This document shows, piece after piece, positions 1 through 13,199 of a DNA stretch of 64,000 bases. The notes below the pieces were generated by a model. That model ran no database searches. It saw only the letters and a program-made list of their open reading frames with translations, and was not told the origin of the DNA. The translations under genes were made by a program, and so were the position numbers. The stretch is from Octopus sinensis (taxonomy: Eukaryota). Each line of letters starts with the position of its first letter. Within the stretch, counting starts at the first letter, position 1. The stretch lies in NCBI RefSeq assembly GCF_006345805.1, contig NC_043009.1, forward strand, positions 40,300,001 through 40,364,000, written 5' to 3'.

Positions 1-424
1 GCATCAATGGACGTTCTTCGCCCTCTCCTCGGTGGCGGCCTCATTTCCAGATTTGCAGACTTGCCTTGGCCCACTCAGACCCCTGATTTGTCCATGTGTG
101 AATATTTCTTGCGGGGAAGCCTCAAGGCACGTGTGTATGTGCATGAGCCCCGTACACTAGACGATTTGAAGGAAGCTGTTCGAGTGGAAGCCACCCAGAT
201 CGACAGAGCAATCCTGGAGAGATTGGAAACCAATTTCCGAGAGCGGCTTCAGAAATGAAATCAATGAAAACAGACACCACATGATGGATGTTGTTTTCCA
301 CACTTCATTTTGACAAATGCTAATTCAATACAAATACATTGATGTCAACAAAATTTGTTTGAAGCTAAAATTAATGATTTTGTGAATTTTTCAAGAACGT
401 CCGTCCTCTCTGCACCACCCAGTA
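1..424 (+). mobile_element. Tc1/mariner-superfamily transposon relic, 3' end
   Basis: ORF 7-258 reads ISRFADLPWPTQTPDLSMCEYFLRGSLKARVY, matching the WPxRSPDLxPCDFFLWGxLKxxVY transposase C-terminal motif. It ends in a TIR-like CACCACCCAG followed by TA at about 413-424. Confidence 0.8.
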
Positions 425-509
<85 letters not shown>

Positions 510-591
510 TGTGTGTGTGTATGCGTATGTCTATATTTATATATATATATATATTTGTGTATGTTTATGCGTGTGTGTGTGTGTGTATATA

Positions 592-627
<36 letters not shown>

Positions 628-651
628 TGTATGTATGTATGTATGTATGTA
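425..651. repeat. Compound microsatellite (TA)n(TG)n(TATG)n
   Basis: Directly visible; explains ORFs 355-754. Confidence 0.95.
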
Positions 652-652
652 T

Positions 653-1024
653 AGGTGCAGGTGTGGCTGTGTGGTAAGATTCTTGCTTCTCAACCACATG
701 GCTCCGAGTTCAGTTCCACTGCGTGGCACCTTTTATAAATGTCTTTTATTATAGCCCCGGGCCGACCAAAGGCTTGTAAGTAGATTTGGTAGACCGAAAC
801 TGAAGGAAGCCCATCCTAACTATATATATGTATATGTACATGTATGTGTGTGTGTCTATGCCTGTGTTATCACCCCACCATCGCTTGACACACGATACTG
901 CTGCATTTTCGAAATGGGTGGCTGATAGAATAAGTACTAAGCTTAAAAAGAATAAGTCCTTGGGTCGATTTCTTTGACTAAAACCCTTTAAGATGGTGCT
1001 TCAGCATGGCTGCAGTCAAAATGA
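653..1024 (+). mobile_element. tRNA-derived SINE family A, diverged copy
   Basis: Head GTGGCTGTGTGGTAAG...GAGTTCAGTTCCACTGCGTGGCAC, central TA/TG microsatellite and 3' GATAGAATAAGTAC...CAGCATGGCTGCAGTC are shared with several other copies in the window. Confidence 0.85.
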
Positions 1025-1104
<80 letters not shown>

Positions 1105-1967
1105 AATGCTCATTTTGCAATCATGAGACTTCGGTTCCAAATACTTGGCAAGTGCTCTCCAAAATACCTTCGGGGTGTGAGTTAATTGGAGTGGAAGGAA
1201 ACTATACGGAAGCTCGTCGGATGAATTTTATGGGTTGCCTTAAGCCGTTCCTGATATTGCTTGCATGAAGTATTGCTCTTGGAAATGTTATTTAAATGAT
1301 TTTATTGAAATGAAGATCGATCTGTCTTTAGGATGACATACCTTTAAGGTAATATGTATCGAAAGTTATGCGTGCTTAGAAGGAAGTAGAAGGATCTGGC
1401 GGCTATTTAGTTTAACGTGTTGTTAAAGTTGAAGCCGTTGTTGTTGTTGATATGATTCCGCCCCTGGTCAGCTTATAGTGAGCAGACGTATGATCTGAGA
1501 TATTATAACCATGACCATCCAACTGTATTTCTAGTTAAAATATTATGCTTTTAGTGTTACAATCCAATAGTCTGATGTATGTTGAATGTTACTTGTTTTT
1601 AGTTCGACTAGTGCTGTGTCTCGCAGACATCTTTTACCTATGGATCCCTTTGGTTGTTATTTTCCTCAGATGGACCCACCTAGCCATTCGATTTTTAAAA
1701 AGTCCTATTATATTCTTATAATTAGATATTATCAGGAATTGAATTAAAAAAAATTAAAATATTTATGTATTGCAGAAGTATAACCGATTTATTGCCAATA
1801 AATTTTAATAACAAAATCTTATACGGACACCAGTTGAGAACCATTTTAGTAGGTCGAATGTAGGTCACACTGAGGATGCATATTTAAAGTGACGTATTTT
1901 GTTGTAATATGACCAGCCATTAGTTATGCTCAAAGTTACGCGCTTGCAGTACGATTAGTCTTTAATG

Positions 1968-2196
1968 TAACGTATGTCGTTACCAACCCGGCTGAAACCG
2001 GTTCGGGCTCTGTAGTACAAATGTCTTGTTTTCATAAGTTTTGAATTAAAATCTTCCACGAAACCTTAGTCACAATTAATGTTCCTAACACTAGCTTAAT
2101 GATAACTAAGTAATTTTACTAAATTCTTTGTGATATTTAAAATAATTAAAAGAAACACAGAGCACCTCAAAATAAATACAGTAACGAAAGGGTTAA
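1968..2196. mobile_element. Small non-autonomous element with piggyBac-like end
   Basis: Right end GTAACGAAAGGG-TTAA; degenerate left end ...TCGTTAC is complementary to GTAACGA. TTAA target sites and CCC termini are piggyBac traits. Confidence 0.45.
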
Positions 2197-2879
2197 CACA
2201 TCACTCTAAGACGAATGTTTGTGATGTATCTTTAGCAGGGTTTATATGTAAAGCGACATATTTGTAGTTGTATAACTAGTCTTTAGAGTGATGTATGTCA
2301 AAAATAATGTACTGGCAATATGACGAGATGGCTAGTCTTTAATATGATGTGTTTAACACGTCATATTAAACTGTTAGGTTTGCGAGTGAATGAGACTTTT
2401 GAGTGATTGCCGGAAATAACAGCTGAATGAAGGAAGACTCGTATTTAATCACCAGTACTGCACTATGTCCTCGAGTGAGTGTCTCCACTCACAAGATCCT
2501 TTCTACAGAGATATTACAGCACATCACTATTAGAATAAGCAACATAAGGCAGATGTTTGTTTCGTTAATATACGGCAATCAGTTCAACTACGCCTCTGAG
2601 TATAGATTAGTTTAGATTATTGTCTAGTTTGGGAGTATATTTGTGTGTGTGTTTGTGTGTGTGTGTTTAAGTGCGTATAAACGAACTCACAAATATACAT
2701 TCTTATCCGCGTGTGCGCGCGCACTCACAGACACAGAATTATATAGACATACTCTTGTCAGCGCACGGTCACACGCATGTACACAAAGACACACACATAC
2801 ACTCAAACATACATAGAAAAACACACATTCTAAAAATTTGCTAGTGTAAGCACTTTAGAAACCACATAAACGCGTATTC

Positions 2880-2918
2880 GCGCGTGCATACACACACACG
2901 TGTGTGTGCGTATGTATG

Positions 2919-3007
<89 letters not shown>

Positions 3008-3120
3008 CATATACATAAATATATACATACATATATATATATATATATACATACATATATTTACATAATGTGTGTGTGTGTATACATATGTATAAAGACA
3101 TGCACACATACAATCATGGA
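2880..3120. repeat. (TG)n/(TA)n/(CATA)n microsatellite block
   Basis: Directly visible. Confidence 0.9.
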
Positions 3121-3838
3121 TATATACTATTACGTGATTTGGACTATCAATAACTGCTTGTATACAGCAGCTATCATTTTGAAAGAGCACTTAGGAGATA
3201 CTAACAGTGCATACTGTAATAAAGTTACTTAACGTAAGCAGGCCATGTGTAAAAGAAAACTAGAAGTTAACGTCAACAACTGCAGAATCAGACACTTAAA
3301 TACCATCATAATGTGAAAGGTGACTAAAAGGTTCACAGCACAGTAACAACATCGGATGAACAAAAAACAAACAAAAATGTTCGGAGAGTTTACTCTCCAA
3401 ACTCTTGGAGAGGAAAGAAATAAATATATTCAAAACACGGACAGAAGACGTTAAGTGAAAAACTTTGTTATCGGGGAAAAGTAAAAAAAAAAAAATGACT
3501 ATCAGAAAAAAAAAATGACTATTCAGTGAGCCGACGATGTGAACTTGAAGTTTGCTTCTAATCAAAAATGCTGTATAAGGCGGATGAAGGAGAAGAAGAA
3601 AAATATATTAGTAAAAAATATAAAATAAAATTAAAATGAAAAACCACTTCTTAGGAAGATAGTGAATCATTTTAGTAAAAAAAAAAAAAAATAATAATAA
3701 TAATAATAATAATGATAATAAAAAACAGATGGAAAAGGGATTTCAGTCAAAATGGATCATGGCTAGATACAATCAAGGAAGAACACCACACCAATATAAT
3801 CAATATTGGAACTTTTTTCTATTTTACCTTAGTTGTAG

Positions 3839-4056
3839 GAAATCTGCATAATGAGACGGCATCAGAAACAGATCTAACATCTGGATATTGGTACAACGTA
3901 TCAGCGCTTTACAAAGTCACCAGTATGTATAATTATAAGAACTCTGGAAGCCAGAGTAGCATATCAAATTACCTTGATGAAGGACGGACAAATCTTGTGC
4001 ACAAGAATGAAAACACCGACTTGGCAGAAACCAGTACGTTAATTACTTACCTAAAG
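3839..4056 (+). CDS. Candidate orphan coding exon, product unknown
   Basis: Pyrimidine-rich acceptor TTTTTTCTATTTTACCTTAGTTGTAG|G precedes a non-repetitive open frame (GNLHNETASETDLTSGYWYNVSALYKVT...). Possible donors follow 3922, 4033 and 4056. No recognisable homology. Confidence 0.25.
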
Positions 4057-4261
4057 GTAATAAGCTATACATAACTTGTCTAATTATTCGAAGCTCAATG
4101 CAAGCCCAATAAGCTAGTGTCTGATGTGCAGGCCGGTGAAATTCAATGTAAGGATGTGTCGTACAACTTTTGATAAATAAGGCTCTGTTGTCTGAAGTAT
4201 AAACGAAACACTGCAGGAACCCAGTAATAGTAAGTCTTGAGTACAGGATGGTGTTCAGATC

Positions 4262-4781
4262 TACGGGATTCAAGCCTCTTCTCCTTATCTCCTCAAAGAC
4301 ATACATCATCTCGAAAGAGTCCAGAAGCTGGCTACCCGCATGGTTCATGGTCTCAAAAATTTGTCTTATGAAGAAAGGCTGAGGACGCTCGACCTTTATT
4401 CTCTAGAAAAACGCCGCCGCCGTGGTGATCTCATTCTCGCTCACAACATCATAAGCGGAAAGTGTAACCTCTCGAAAGAGCTGTTCTTCACTCCTGCTCC
4501 AGAGCGTCGGCTGCGGGGTCATTCCGAAAAGCTCTACCTGTGACGATTTCATCTCAACCGAAGGAGAGGAGCTTTCTCCGTCCGGGTTGCCAATCCGTGG
4601 AACAAGCTGCCAGACGAGATGGTGAAGATGCCGACGACCGCTTTGTTCAAAGCCTCCCTTGACCTCAAGTGGCCTGAACTCTTTACATGAACACCACCCT
4701 GTACTTAATTCCATGTCCCCCTACATGGCCTTGCTATTTGCTTTTGAGTCAATTAAATTAATTAACTAACTAACTAACTAA
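4262..4781 (+). mobile_element. 5'-truncated CR1/L2-type LINE, ORF2 C-terminus and 3' tail
   Basis: Translates YGIQASSPYLLKDIHHLERVQKLATRMVHGLKNLSYEERL...RRRRGDLI...L*RFHLNRRRGAFSVRVANPWNKLP, with one in-frame TGA at 4541. Ends in an (ACTA)n tail. Confidence 0.9.
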
Positions 4782-5553
4782 TCATCATTCGTGCATTTGG
4801 CAAACTATCTGCTCCTTTTGTTTCTGATGTACCAAGGCTGACAAAAAATATTATCAACAATACGCATTCTAAAAACTAAGTTAAATTATGGTGTTGAATG
4901 TTACAAACCTTTCTGAAAAGAATGTTCCAAGGAGGCAGTCGGTGCTTCTGTTTATTTTTTACTCTAATTCCGCTGTCAGTTCTATAACAAAATCCCAAAG
5001 GCTATATTGGAATCGACAATATCAAAATATACATAAGCAACTCATAATTTCTTTATGAAACATGTACAGAGACCTACAAGGAAAATATTCATCATCTTGA
5101 AAAATAGCTGGATTTTCAAATAATATCTTTTGCTGACACAGGATTGGAATTTGGCTGAAATGAATGCTAAAATTTGATAGCAGAACGTTTTCTAACCTGA
5201 AACAGTAATCTCACTGGTTTGTCTCTCCCCGCTACTTGCTACACAACGAATGATGAAAATACTTAGATAGTAATGAAATTGTATCATATAACGCTACCAA
5301 GAAGTTAATACGACCGAAGAATATTACACCAAACTTAAAAAAGTGTTTACTTCTTATTACAAGACAATATTTCCCAGTCCATTTGCACTCACAGTAATGA
5401 TACCATTGTTTGAATGCCATATTCGCTTGTAGAGTAAAGTACTCTAGAGATATTAAAACCTGCATGATCCTGTCAGCAACTGGAAGATTGCACAAGAATA
5501 GCAATATAAACAGTCACACAGAGGAGAGACAAAGGAAATAATTATGATTTGTG

Positions 5554-6823
5554 CACGAGAGTCGGCTGAAACATTAATAGACTGACCAAGATAATTTCAT
5601 TGATTGTGACCATATGAAGTTTATTTTTTAACGAAGGTTTCCACCAAGGAAAGGCTAGTGCTGTCTATGGAGGAGAAATAGTAAAGCTGTGAATTCCTGC
5701 ATGCATTAATTTCGACCTTTCTTATTAGTAACTGCATTGTTTCTTTGAGGTAAACTGATATCTGACTGTTCAAAGAGCACTTCATATGTAACTAGTAAGG
5801 ACTTCTCTTGAAAACGGGGAAATTTGGCACTGGGATGTTAACAAATATCTTCAGAGAAACGATCTAGTCTACAAGAACATTGATGCTGACATGCTTGTTA
5901 CTTTAGGGGATGACGCTGTAGGTTTATCAATAGTGCAAAAGTGGGCAGCTTAGTTAAAAAGGAGGAGAGAGAATCTGGAAGATGACTCAAGATATGGACA
6001 TCCTGAAAATGCCACCACCGAAGAAAATATTGATCGTATTCATCACACAGTGATGGATGATAGGCGATTGACTATATAGCCAATGCTATTTGCATTTCCC
6101 GTGAGAGAGTTGAGAATATGCGGCACAATGAACTCGGCATGATGAAGGTTTCTGCTCGCTGGCTGCTACGTCTTCTGACTCCTGATCAAAAGCGCAATAA
6201 GTTGATCACATCAAGGTAATGTCTGACAGTGTTTGAAGCATATCTAGCTGGTTTCTTTGAACGTCTTCCAAACCAGGAAGAGTGCTTCAGAATGGCCAAG
6301 GGAGATTGATGGCTTCAGTCTTTTGAGGTGCAAAAGGAATTGTGTTTATTGACTATCTTCAACAGGGCCTCACCATCAACGGAGAGTACTATGCCAACTT
6401 ACTCAGGCAGTTATGAAAGGAAAACTGATAAAAGGGGTCTAATTTCACGGGGACAAAACTCCAGCACACAAATCCTTCGTTTCAATGAGTGCAGTGCGTG
6501 ATTGTGGCTTTGAACTGGTTGACCACCCTCTCTTTTCCACTGATTTGGCTCTATCTGACAATCATCTTAAAAACACTTTGATGGGAAGGAGTAGCGCAGG
6601 GGTAATGACGTCATATATTACTCTTTTACTCTTTTACTTGTTTCAGTCATTTGACTGCGGCCATGCTGGAGCACCACCTTTAGTCAAGCAAATCGACCCC
6701 GGGACTTATTCTTTGTAAGCCCAGTACTTATTCTATCGGTCTCTTTTGCCGAACCGCTAAGTGACGGGGACGTAAACACACCAGCATCGGTGGTCAAGCA
6801 ATGCTAGGGGGACAAACACAAAC

Positions 6824-6856
<33 letters not shown>

Positions 6857-7206
6857 CATATATACGACAGGCTTCTTTCAGTTTCCGTCTACCAAATCCA
6901 CTCACAAGGCATTGGTCGGCCCGGGGCTATAGTAGAAGACACTTGCCCAAGCTGCCACGCAGTGGGACTGAACCCGAAACCATGTGGTTGGTTAGCAAGC
7001 TACTTACCACACAGCCACTCCTGCTGCTGCTGACTTTTTAAACCAACAGAACGAAAGCTTTTTCACCAATGGCATGGAAGCACTGAAACACCGATAGAAC
7101 AACTCTGTGAACTGCAACGAGGTCTATGTTGACAAATAAAACTCATTTGGTCTCATTCTATGAGAGTATTTTAGTTAGCATATGAACTTTTCAGCCGACC
7201 CTCGTA
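5554..7206 (+). mobile_element. Decayed mariner element with both TIRs, interrupted by a SINE
   Basis: TIRs CACGAGAGTCGGCTGAAA (5554) and TTTTCAGCCGACCCTCGTA (to 7206). Transposase remnants KWAA*LKRRRENLEDDSRYGHP...EENIDRIHHTVMDDRRLT and HPLFSTDLALSD (cf. HPPYSPDLAPSD), with many stops and frameshifts. Confidence 0.9.
6618..7024 (-). mobile_element. SINE family A, full length, nested in mariner
   Basis: The minus strand has an A-box-like TGGCTGTGTGG, a B-box-like GGTTCAGTCCC, an internal microsatellite and a (GTAAAAGA)n-type tail. Mariner coding sequence resumes on both sides. Confidence 0.92.
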
Positions 7207-7718
7207 CATATTATGAAGAGTACTGCAAAATTGCATGAAGTTTAATATGTAGCAAAATTCACATGTGCAACAGCATCCATGCCTGCTCACGCGTGTGCGC
7301 ATGTACATGTATATGCAAAGACACTGACACAGATACATACATACATATAGGCATATATGCAAGTCTATATATACACACATACATACATGCCTCGATATAT
7401 CTATGGACCTTTGATAAGGAGGTTGCAAATATAGTACCCAAGATACACTTTCAGCTTTATACCCTATATTATTGGAGCATTAGTATACATACAAATCTGC
7501 CTGGAGCAAAGAATGGCTGAATCTGGAATCTTCAGGAGAGAATGCAAAACCTTTATTCATAAGCTACAAATGATCGCGATATCTAGGATTATAAAAATCT
7601 GCATAACCTTCTTAACATTTAAAGGATGACGGTTAAGTCATGATATTTCCCTTCACAATCTTGCTACCAAATTACTGGCCGCTCAAAATTTACTCTAAAT
7701 AAGAGAAAGAGAAAAACA

Positions 7719-8452
7719 TACGTACATACATACATACATACATACAGACAGACAGACAGACATACATACATACAGACAGACATACATACATACAGACAGA
7801 CATACATACATACATACATACAGACAGACAGACATACAGACATACATACATACATACAGACAGACAGACATACATACAGACAGACAGACAGACATACATA
7901 CATACATACATACATACATACAGACAGACATACATACATACAGACAGACATACATACAGACAGACAGACATACATACATACATACAGACATACAGACATA
8001 CAGACATACATACATACATACATACAGACAGACAGACAGACATACATACATACAGACAGACAGACAGACGACATACATACATACAGACAGACATACATAC
8101 ATACAGACAGACACATACATACATACATACATACAGACAGACAGACATACAGACATACATACATACATACAGACAGACAGACAGACATACATACAGACAG
8201 ACAGACAGACATACATACATACATACATACATACAGACAGACAGACATACATACATACAGACAGACATACATACAGACAGACAGACAGACATACATACAT
8301 ACATACAGACATACAGACATACAGACATACATACATACATACATACAGACAGACAGACAGACATACATACATACAGACAGACAGACAGACAGACAGACAG
8401 ATATACATACATACATACATACATACATACAGACATACATACATACATACAT

Positions 8453-8487
<35 letters not shown>

Positions 8488-8607
8488 TACATACATACAT
8501 ACATACAGACAGACAGACAGACATACATACATACATACATACATACATACATACATACATACATACATACATACATACATACATGTATACATACATACAT
8601 AGATACG
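7719..8607. repeat. ~890-bp compound (TACA)n/(GACA)n array
   Basis: Directly visible; produces the spurious 305-321 aa MYVC/LSVC ORFs. Confidence 0.97.
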
Positions 8608-8740
8608 TACAAGTCTATTTAATAGATATTGTCTAAATTCCAATGGAACAGACACTTGTTTTTAGGTTGGAAACCGGCTCTTCTTTCGTTGATGAGAAAT
8701 TCGAAGAATAAAACCAGGAAAATATATATATATAAACATA

Positions 8741-9136
8741 GGCGCAGGAGTGGCTGTGTGGTAAGTAGCTTGCTAACCAACCACATGGTTCCGGGTTCAG
8801 TCCCACTGCGTGGCATCTTGGGCAAGTGTCTTCTGTTATAGCCCCGGGCCGACCAAAGCCTTGGTAGACGGAAACTGAAAGAAGCCTGTCGTATATATGT
8901 ATATATATATGTGTGTGTGTATGTGTTTGTGTGTCTGTGTTTGTCCCCCTAGCATTGCTTGACAACCGATGCTGGTGTGTTTACGTCCCCGTAACTTAGC
9001 GGTTCGGCAAAAGACACCGATAGAATAAGTACTGGGCTTACAAAAGAATAAGTCCCGGGGTCGATTTGCTCGACTAAAGGCGGTGCTCCAGCATGGCTGC
9101 AGTCAATTGACTGAAACAAGTAAAAGAGTAAAAGAG
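8741..9136 (+). mobile_element. SINE family A, near full length
   Basis: Same head, body and tail as the 6618-7024 copy, in opposite orientation. Confidence 0.92.
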
Positions 9137-10066
9137 AGTATATGCGTACTGATATACATACATTCACACATATGCGCTAAACAAATGCACACTTACATGT
9201 GTATACACATATACGAACATACACGCAGGCAGATTCACTCATACAGTAGATGCACACTGATATATATACATATATATACGTGTATACATACAAACGCATA
9301 TGCAAATATTGCATGTATACGCGTAATTCTCACATATGCATACGCATACATATACGTATACATACATATAAATGAAAATATGCATAAATGTATACTTATA
9401 ACCATACACATATGTATATAAGCAAGAATCACTCGATGGGCAGGCTATATCTTTACAATAACGAACCGGACTCTTGAAAATTTATTACTATGAAATTCTA
9501 GATATTTTTAGTAAATAATGAACATTAATTTAACGATGTCTGAATATCGGTTTTGGTAAGAACCACCCATAGAAGTTGCCATATTGCTGACGTTTGTTCA
9601 GTTAACATTTACTTCTCGTTGCTTCCTAATTGATGATTTCACAGACAACTAATTTGCAGCGATTTCCTGGCAGAGATGCATATCACTGAGCCAATTTCTT
9701 TTCCTTCCTTTTCTCCTTTTCATCTTTATTTCAGTTTCACAATATTATTTTGCTAACGAGGAAAGCTCGTAAAGAAGTTTCGCTCGACGTAGCGAAAATC
9801 TAAGTGTAAAACTTATAAACCATCTTGACGTCGTGGTGGAGGTGAGACCTTCTAATTAAAGCTTCTGCTGTTTCGTCTGTAGAAATCTTGTTTCAATAAT
9901 TACCAACTGATTATATTAATCAAATATTGATTTTAGTTAAATTAGAAAGTTGGTCACCAAGAATTATGATGGAAGACATTTATGCATGATTGTGTTTGAA
10001 CTGAATTAACCTTTTTTTAAACCAAAGGTCGATACAACAACAATTAGATTTAAAATTCAAAACAGC

Positions 10067-10067
<1 letters not shown>

Positions 10068-10114
<47 letters not shown>

Positions 10115-10165
10115 CATCATCATCATTATTATTATTATTATTATTATTACTGTTATTATTGTTAT
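10068..10165. repeat. (ATT)n microsatellite
   Basis: Directly visible. Confidence 0.95.
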
Positions 10166-10529
10166 TGGCTTGTTTAATAAGAATATATATAATTTTTAAT
10201 GTTTGCTCTTGTCAAAAGATAAACAAACAAATTAATTAAGAAATAAATAAACAATAAATTCGTTCTCTTTTTACTTCATTTTTTTCGTTTCATTCTATTT
10301 TATTTATATTTATTTTATTTATTTAGTTGTATGTTTTTATTTGCTTGCTTGTATTTTTCGCTTTTTGCTTTTTCAAAAAAAGCCATCTGTCTCTAAATAT
10401 TTACTTTTATGTTGTCACAAGATAAACTGCAAGAAACATAATCATAAAAATATTCAGCTATATTATTTGTTTTTTTTTTTTTACTCTTTTTGCATATTAT
10501 TAAGCTGTGACGTATTTTCTTTAACTGCT

Positions 10530-10634
10530 AATACACACACACATGCACACACACACACTTCTATGTATATGCGTGTGTGCGTGCGCTATATGAATTTGTG
10601 TATGCATGTGGTATAGATATTGTGTTTGTGTATT

Positions 10635-10666
<32 letters not shown>

Positions 10667-11070
10667 GTGTGTGTGTGTGTGTGTGTGCGTGTGTGTGTGT
10701 AGGCGGAGTGTTATGGAACAGAAAAGGCTTGCACATCACGCCTGGCTACATATGTGTATAATACACGCACACACACACACATATATACACAAACAAACAC
10801 TATACGTAGAATATGTGGGAGTGTATACACATACACACACACACACACGTATAGATATGCACACATGCATATAAATATGCATTCAAGCACGCATATATAC
10901 ATGCACCACCGACTTATCCACACACACCCACACTCCTGTTTCTCTGTTTGTATAGGTAGAGTGTTGTCGTAGAACTATAAAATCTAGCACATCACATCTA
11001 ATTACACACGCGTGTGTATATTTATGCTTGTGTAATATATGTGTGTGCGTGTGTGCGAGTATGCATACAT

Positions 11071-11111
<41 letters not shown>

Positions 11112-11166
11112 CGCACTCACACACACGTACATATATATATCTATATATATACATATATATATGTAT

Positions 11167-11227
<61 letters not shown>

Positions 11228-11228
11228 C

Positions 11229-11305
<77 letters not shown>

Positions 11306-11330
11306 GCCTGAATGTTTCCATGTTTCCATA
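10530..11330. repeat. Degenerate (CA)n/(TG)n/(TA)n region
   Basis: Directly visible. Confidence 0.9.
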
Positions 11331-11934
11331 CACAAAGACATACATTCCCGCATGCAATTTGCACACGTATACACATACACCCTCGCTTCTACCCCCATAG
11401 CACATAGACACATATACAAACTTGTATGTAATTGACTCTTCCCCCGAGAATGATACATGAATGCTCAATAAAAGAATAATAAATACAATAAAATAAAATA
11501 AAATAAAATAAAATAAAATAAAAAACGTATTGAAGACGATGTGTGTTGTTCGTGAACAACCCGTACAAAGAATTCGAATTTAAGTGGAGTAAGGTTGTGT
11601 GCAATGCCTCCTTTCACTCTTTCTGTCTGCCTGTCTGTATGTCTCTCTCTCTCTCTCTCTCTCACTCTCTCGTAATTGTACAGCATGAGTTAGTGCGTCG
11701 TGTGACACGTGCCTGGCATTAAAAAAATGATGTATTTTAGTAATGGTAGGGAGTCGCAAGCCCTGAACAGATCGATACTGATTTCTCTTGTAGTCGAAGT
11801 TTCCCTTCTTGATGATTGTCTCATAAATACCGAACATACGCCACCGTTCCAATAAAACGCGCGCGCGCGCGCATAAACGCACGCGCATAAACGCACGCGC
11901 ATGTTTTTATGCCCGCTATTCTGAGCATTGAAGC

Positions 11935-12130
11935 GGTGAGGTAGCAGAATTGTTGCCATATCGGGCAAAATGCTAAGCGGCATGTTTTTCCGGCTCGTTA
12001 ATATTCTGAGTTCAAATCTAACCAAGGCCAACTTTGCCTTTAATTCCTTCTGGACCGATAAGATAAAATACCAGTCAAGTAATGGAGTTGGTGCAATCGA
12101 ATTGCCTCTTCTCTCAAAATTACTAGTCTT
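11935..12130 (+). mobile_element. SINE family B, old diverged copy
   Basis: GCAGAATTGTTGCC...CTGAGTTCAAATC...CAACTTTGCCTTT...AATACCAGT matches the family B copies at 17.0, 25.8 and 54.1 kb. Confidence 0.7.
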
Positions 12131-12247
12131 GAACCCAACAGCGACCCGGCTGCTCATTCAGGGGAATATTGTGGTTTCGGTGAGTTATGCGTTAAGAAAA
12201 CTTGGATTCCAGGTTTAAGAAAATCAGGACATTTCTGTTTTTGTATA

Positions 12248-12283
<36 letters not shown>

Positions 12284-12418
12284 TGTATGTATGTATGTAT
12301 GTATGTATGTATGTATTTATGTATGTATGTATATATATATATATATATATATATTGATAAAAATGGTAAGACAACAAAAGAATGAAAGAGACCTCGATAT
12401 TATGTAAATAGAGGAATT

Positions 12419-12617
12419 TATCTGTAAATGTAATATGTGACAATTATTCGGTAGCCATGATAAAACTCCGAGTTTCGGAGGCCGAGACGGAAATCCACGC
12501 CGCCTTCTCTTCAGATGGCCGGATAACCGAAGAGATGGCGGCATGGATTTCCACCTCAGCCTCCGAAACTCGGAGTTTTATCATGGCTACCGAATAATTG
12601 TCCCATATTACATTTAC

Positions 12618-12623
<6 letters not shown>
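12419..12623. other. Long palindrome: ~94-bp arms, 16-nt loop, TA at both ends
   Basis: 12419-12512 is the reverse complement of 12529-12623 with about 6 substitutions and a 1-nt indel. Confidence 0.92.
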
Positions 12624-12665
<42 letters not shown>

Positions 12666-13199
12666 ACAATATTAATAAGGGTTTCTACGAAGTTGCATAG
12701 CATTACCTTTAATTCTTTAATTTATATACAGCTTTACATACACCAGAAAATTAGGACGAATGTTGCCATGTTAGCTTGGCGATAACTATTAATATCTAGT
12801 ACCGCTGCCGTAGTCTCCTTTAGAGAGAATTAGAAATAATGATATTTCTATTTTACATAGACCAACAAGCTTCAACTGCAGCAGTCAGTAACCGCTGTAA
12901 TTGCAACCCTACTATAAAACCGGTACAGTCTCTCCAGGATCTTCACTTGAGATACTTCGATTTGACCGTTCAGAGATTTTCTTTTATCTACTCTGCGTTG
13001 TAAGATGTTTCCGTTTTATAGAATCTAGGAATGTTTCCTATTCTAAAAGATCAGATATGTTATAGTAACCGAAGTTTTTAATACTGTTTCTGGCCAGTAA
13101 ATTTTATCATTGACACCAGTAGTTGAATGGTATTTTATTTTATCGACCTCGAAGGGAAGATAGCCAAATTTGACCATGACTGGATTTACTCCCGGAATG

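Noticed and set aside
481-520. Recurrent single-base breaks in dinucleotide runs (TGTGGTGT, ATATTATA) across the window
   Set aside because: The pattern resembles long-read consensus indel errors; not treated as biology without raw reads.
7664-8655. Three 305-321 aa ORFs
   Set aside because: They are translations of the TACA/GACA microsatellite, which has no stop codons on that strand.
9735-9841. Strong acceptor and GAG|GTGAGA donor bounding 107 nt
   Set aside because: All three frames contain stops; a non-coding exon is possible but untestable here.
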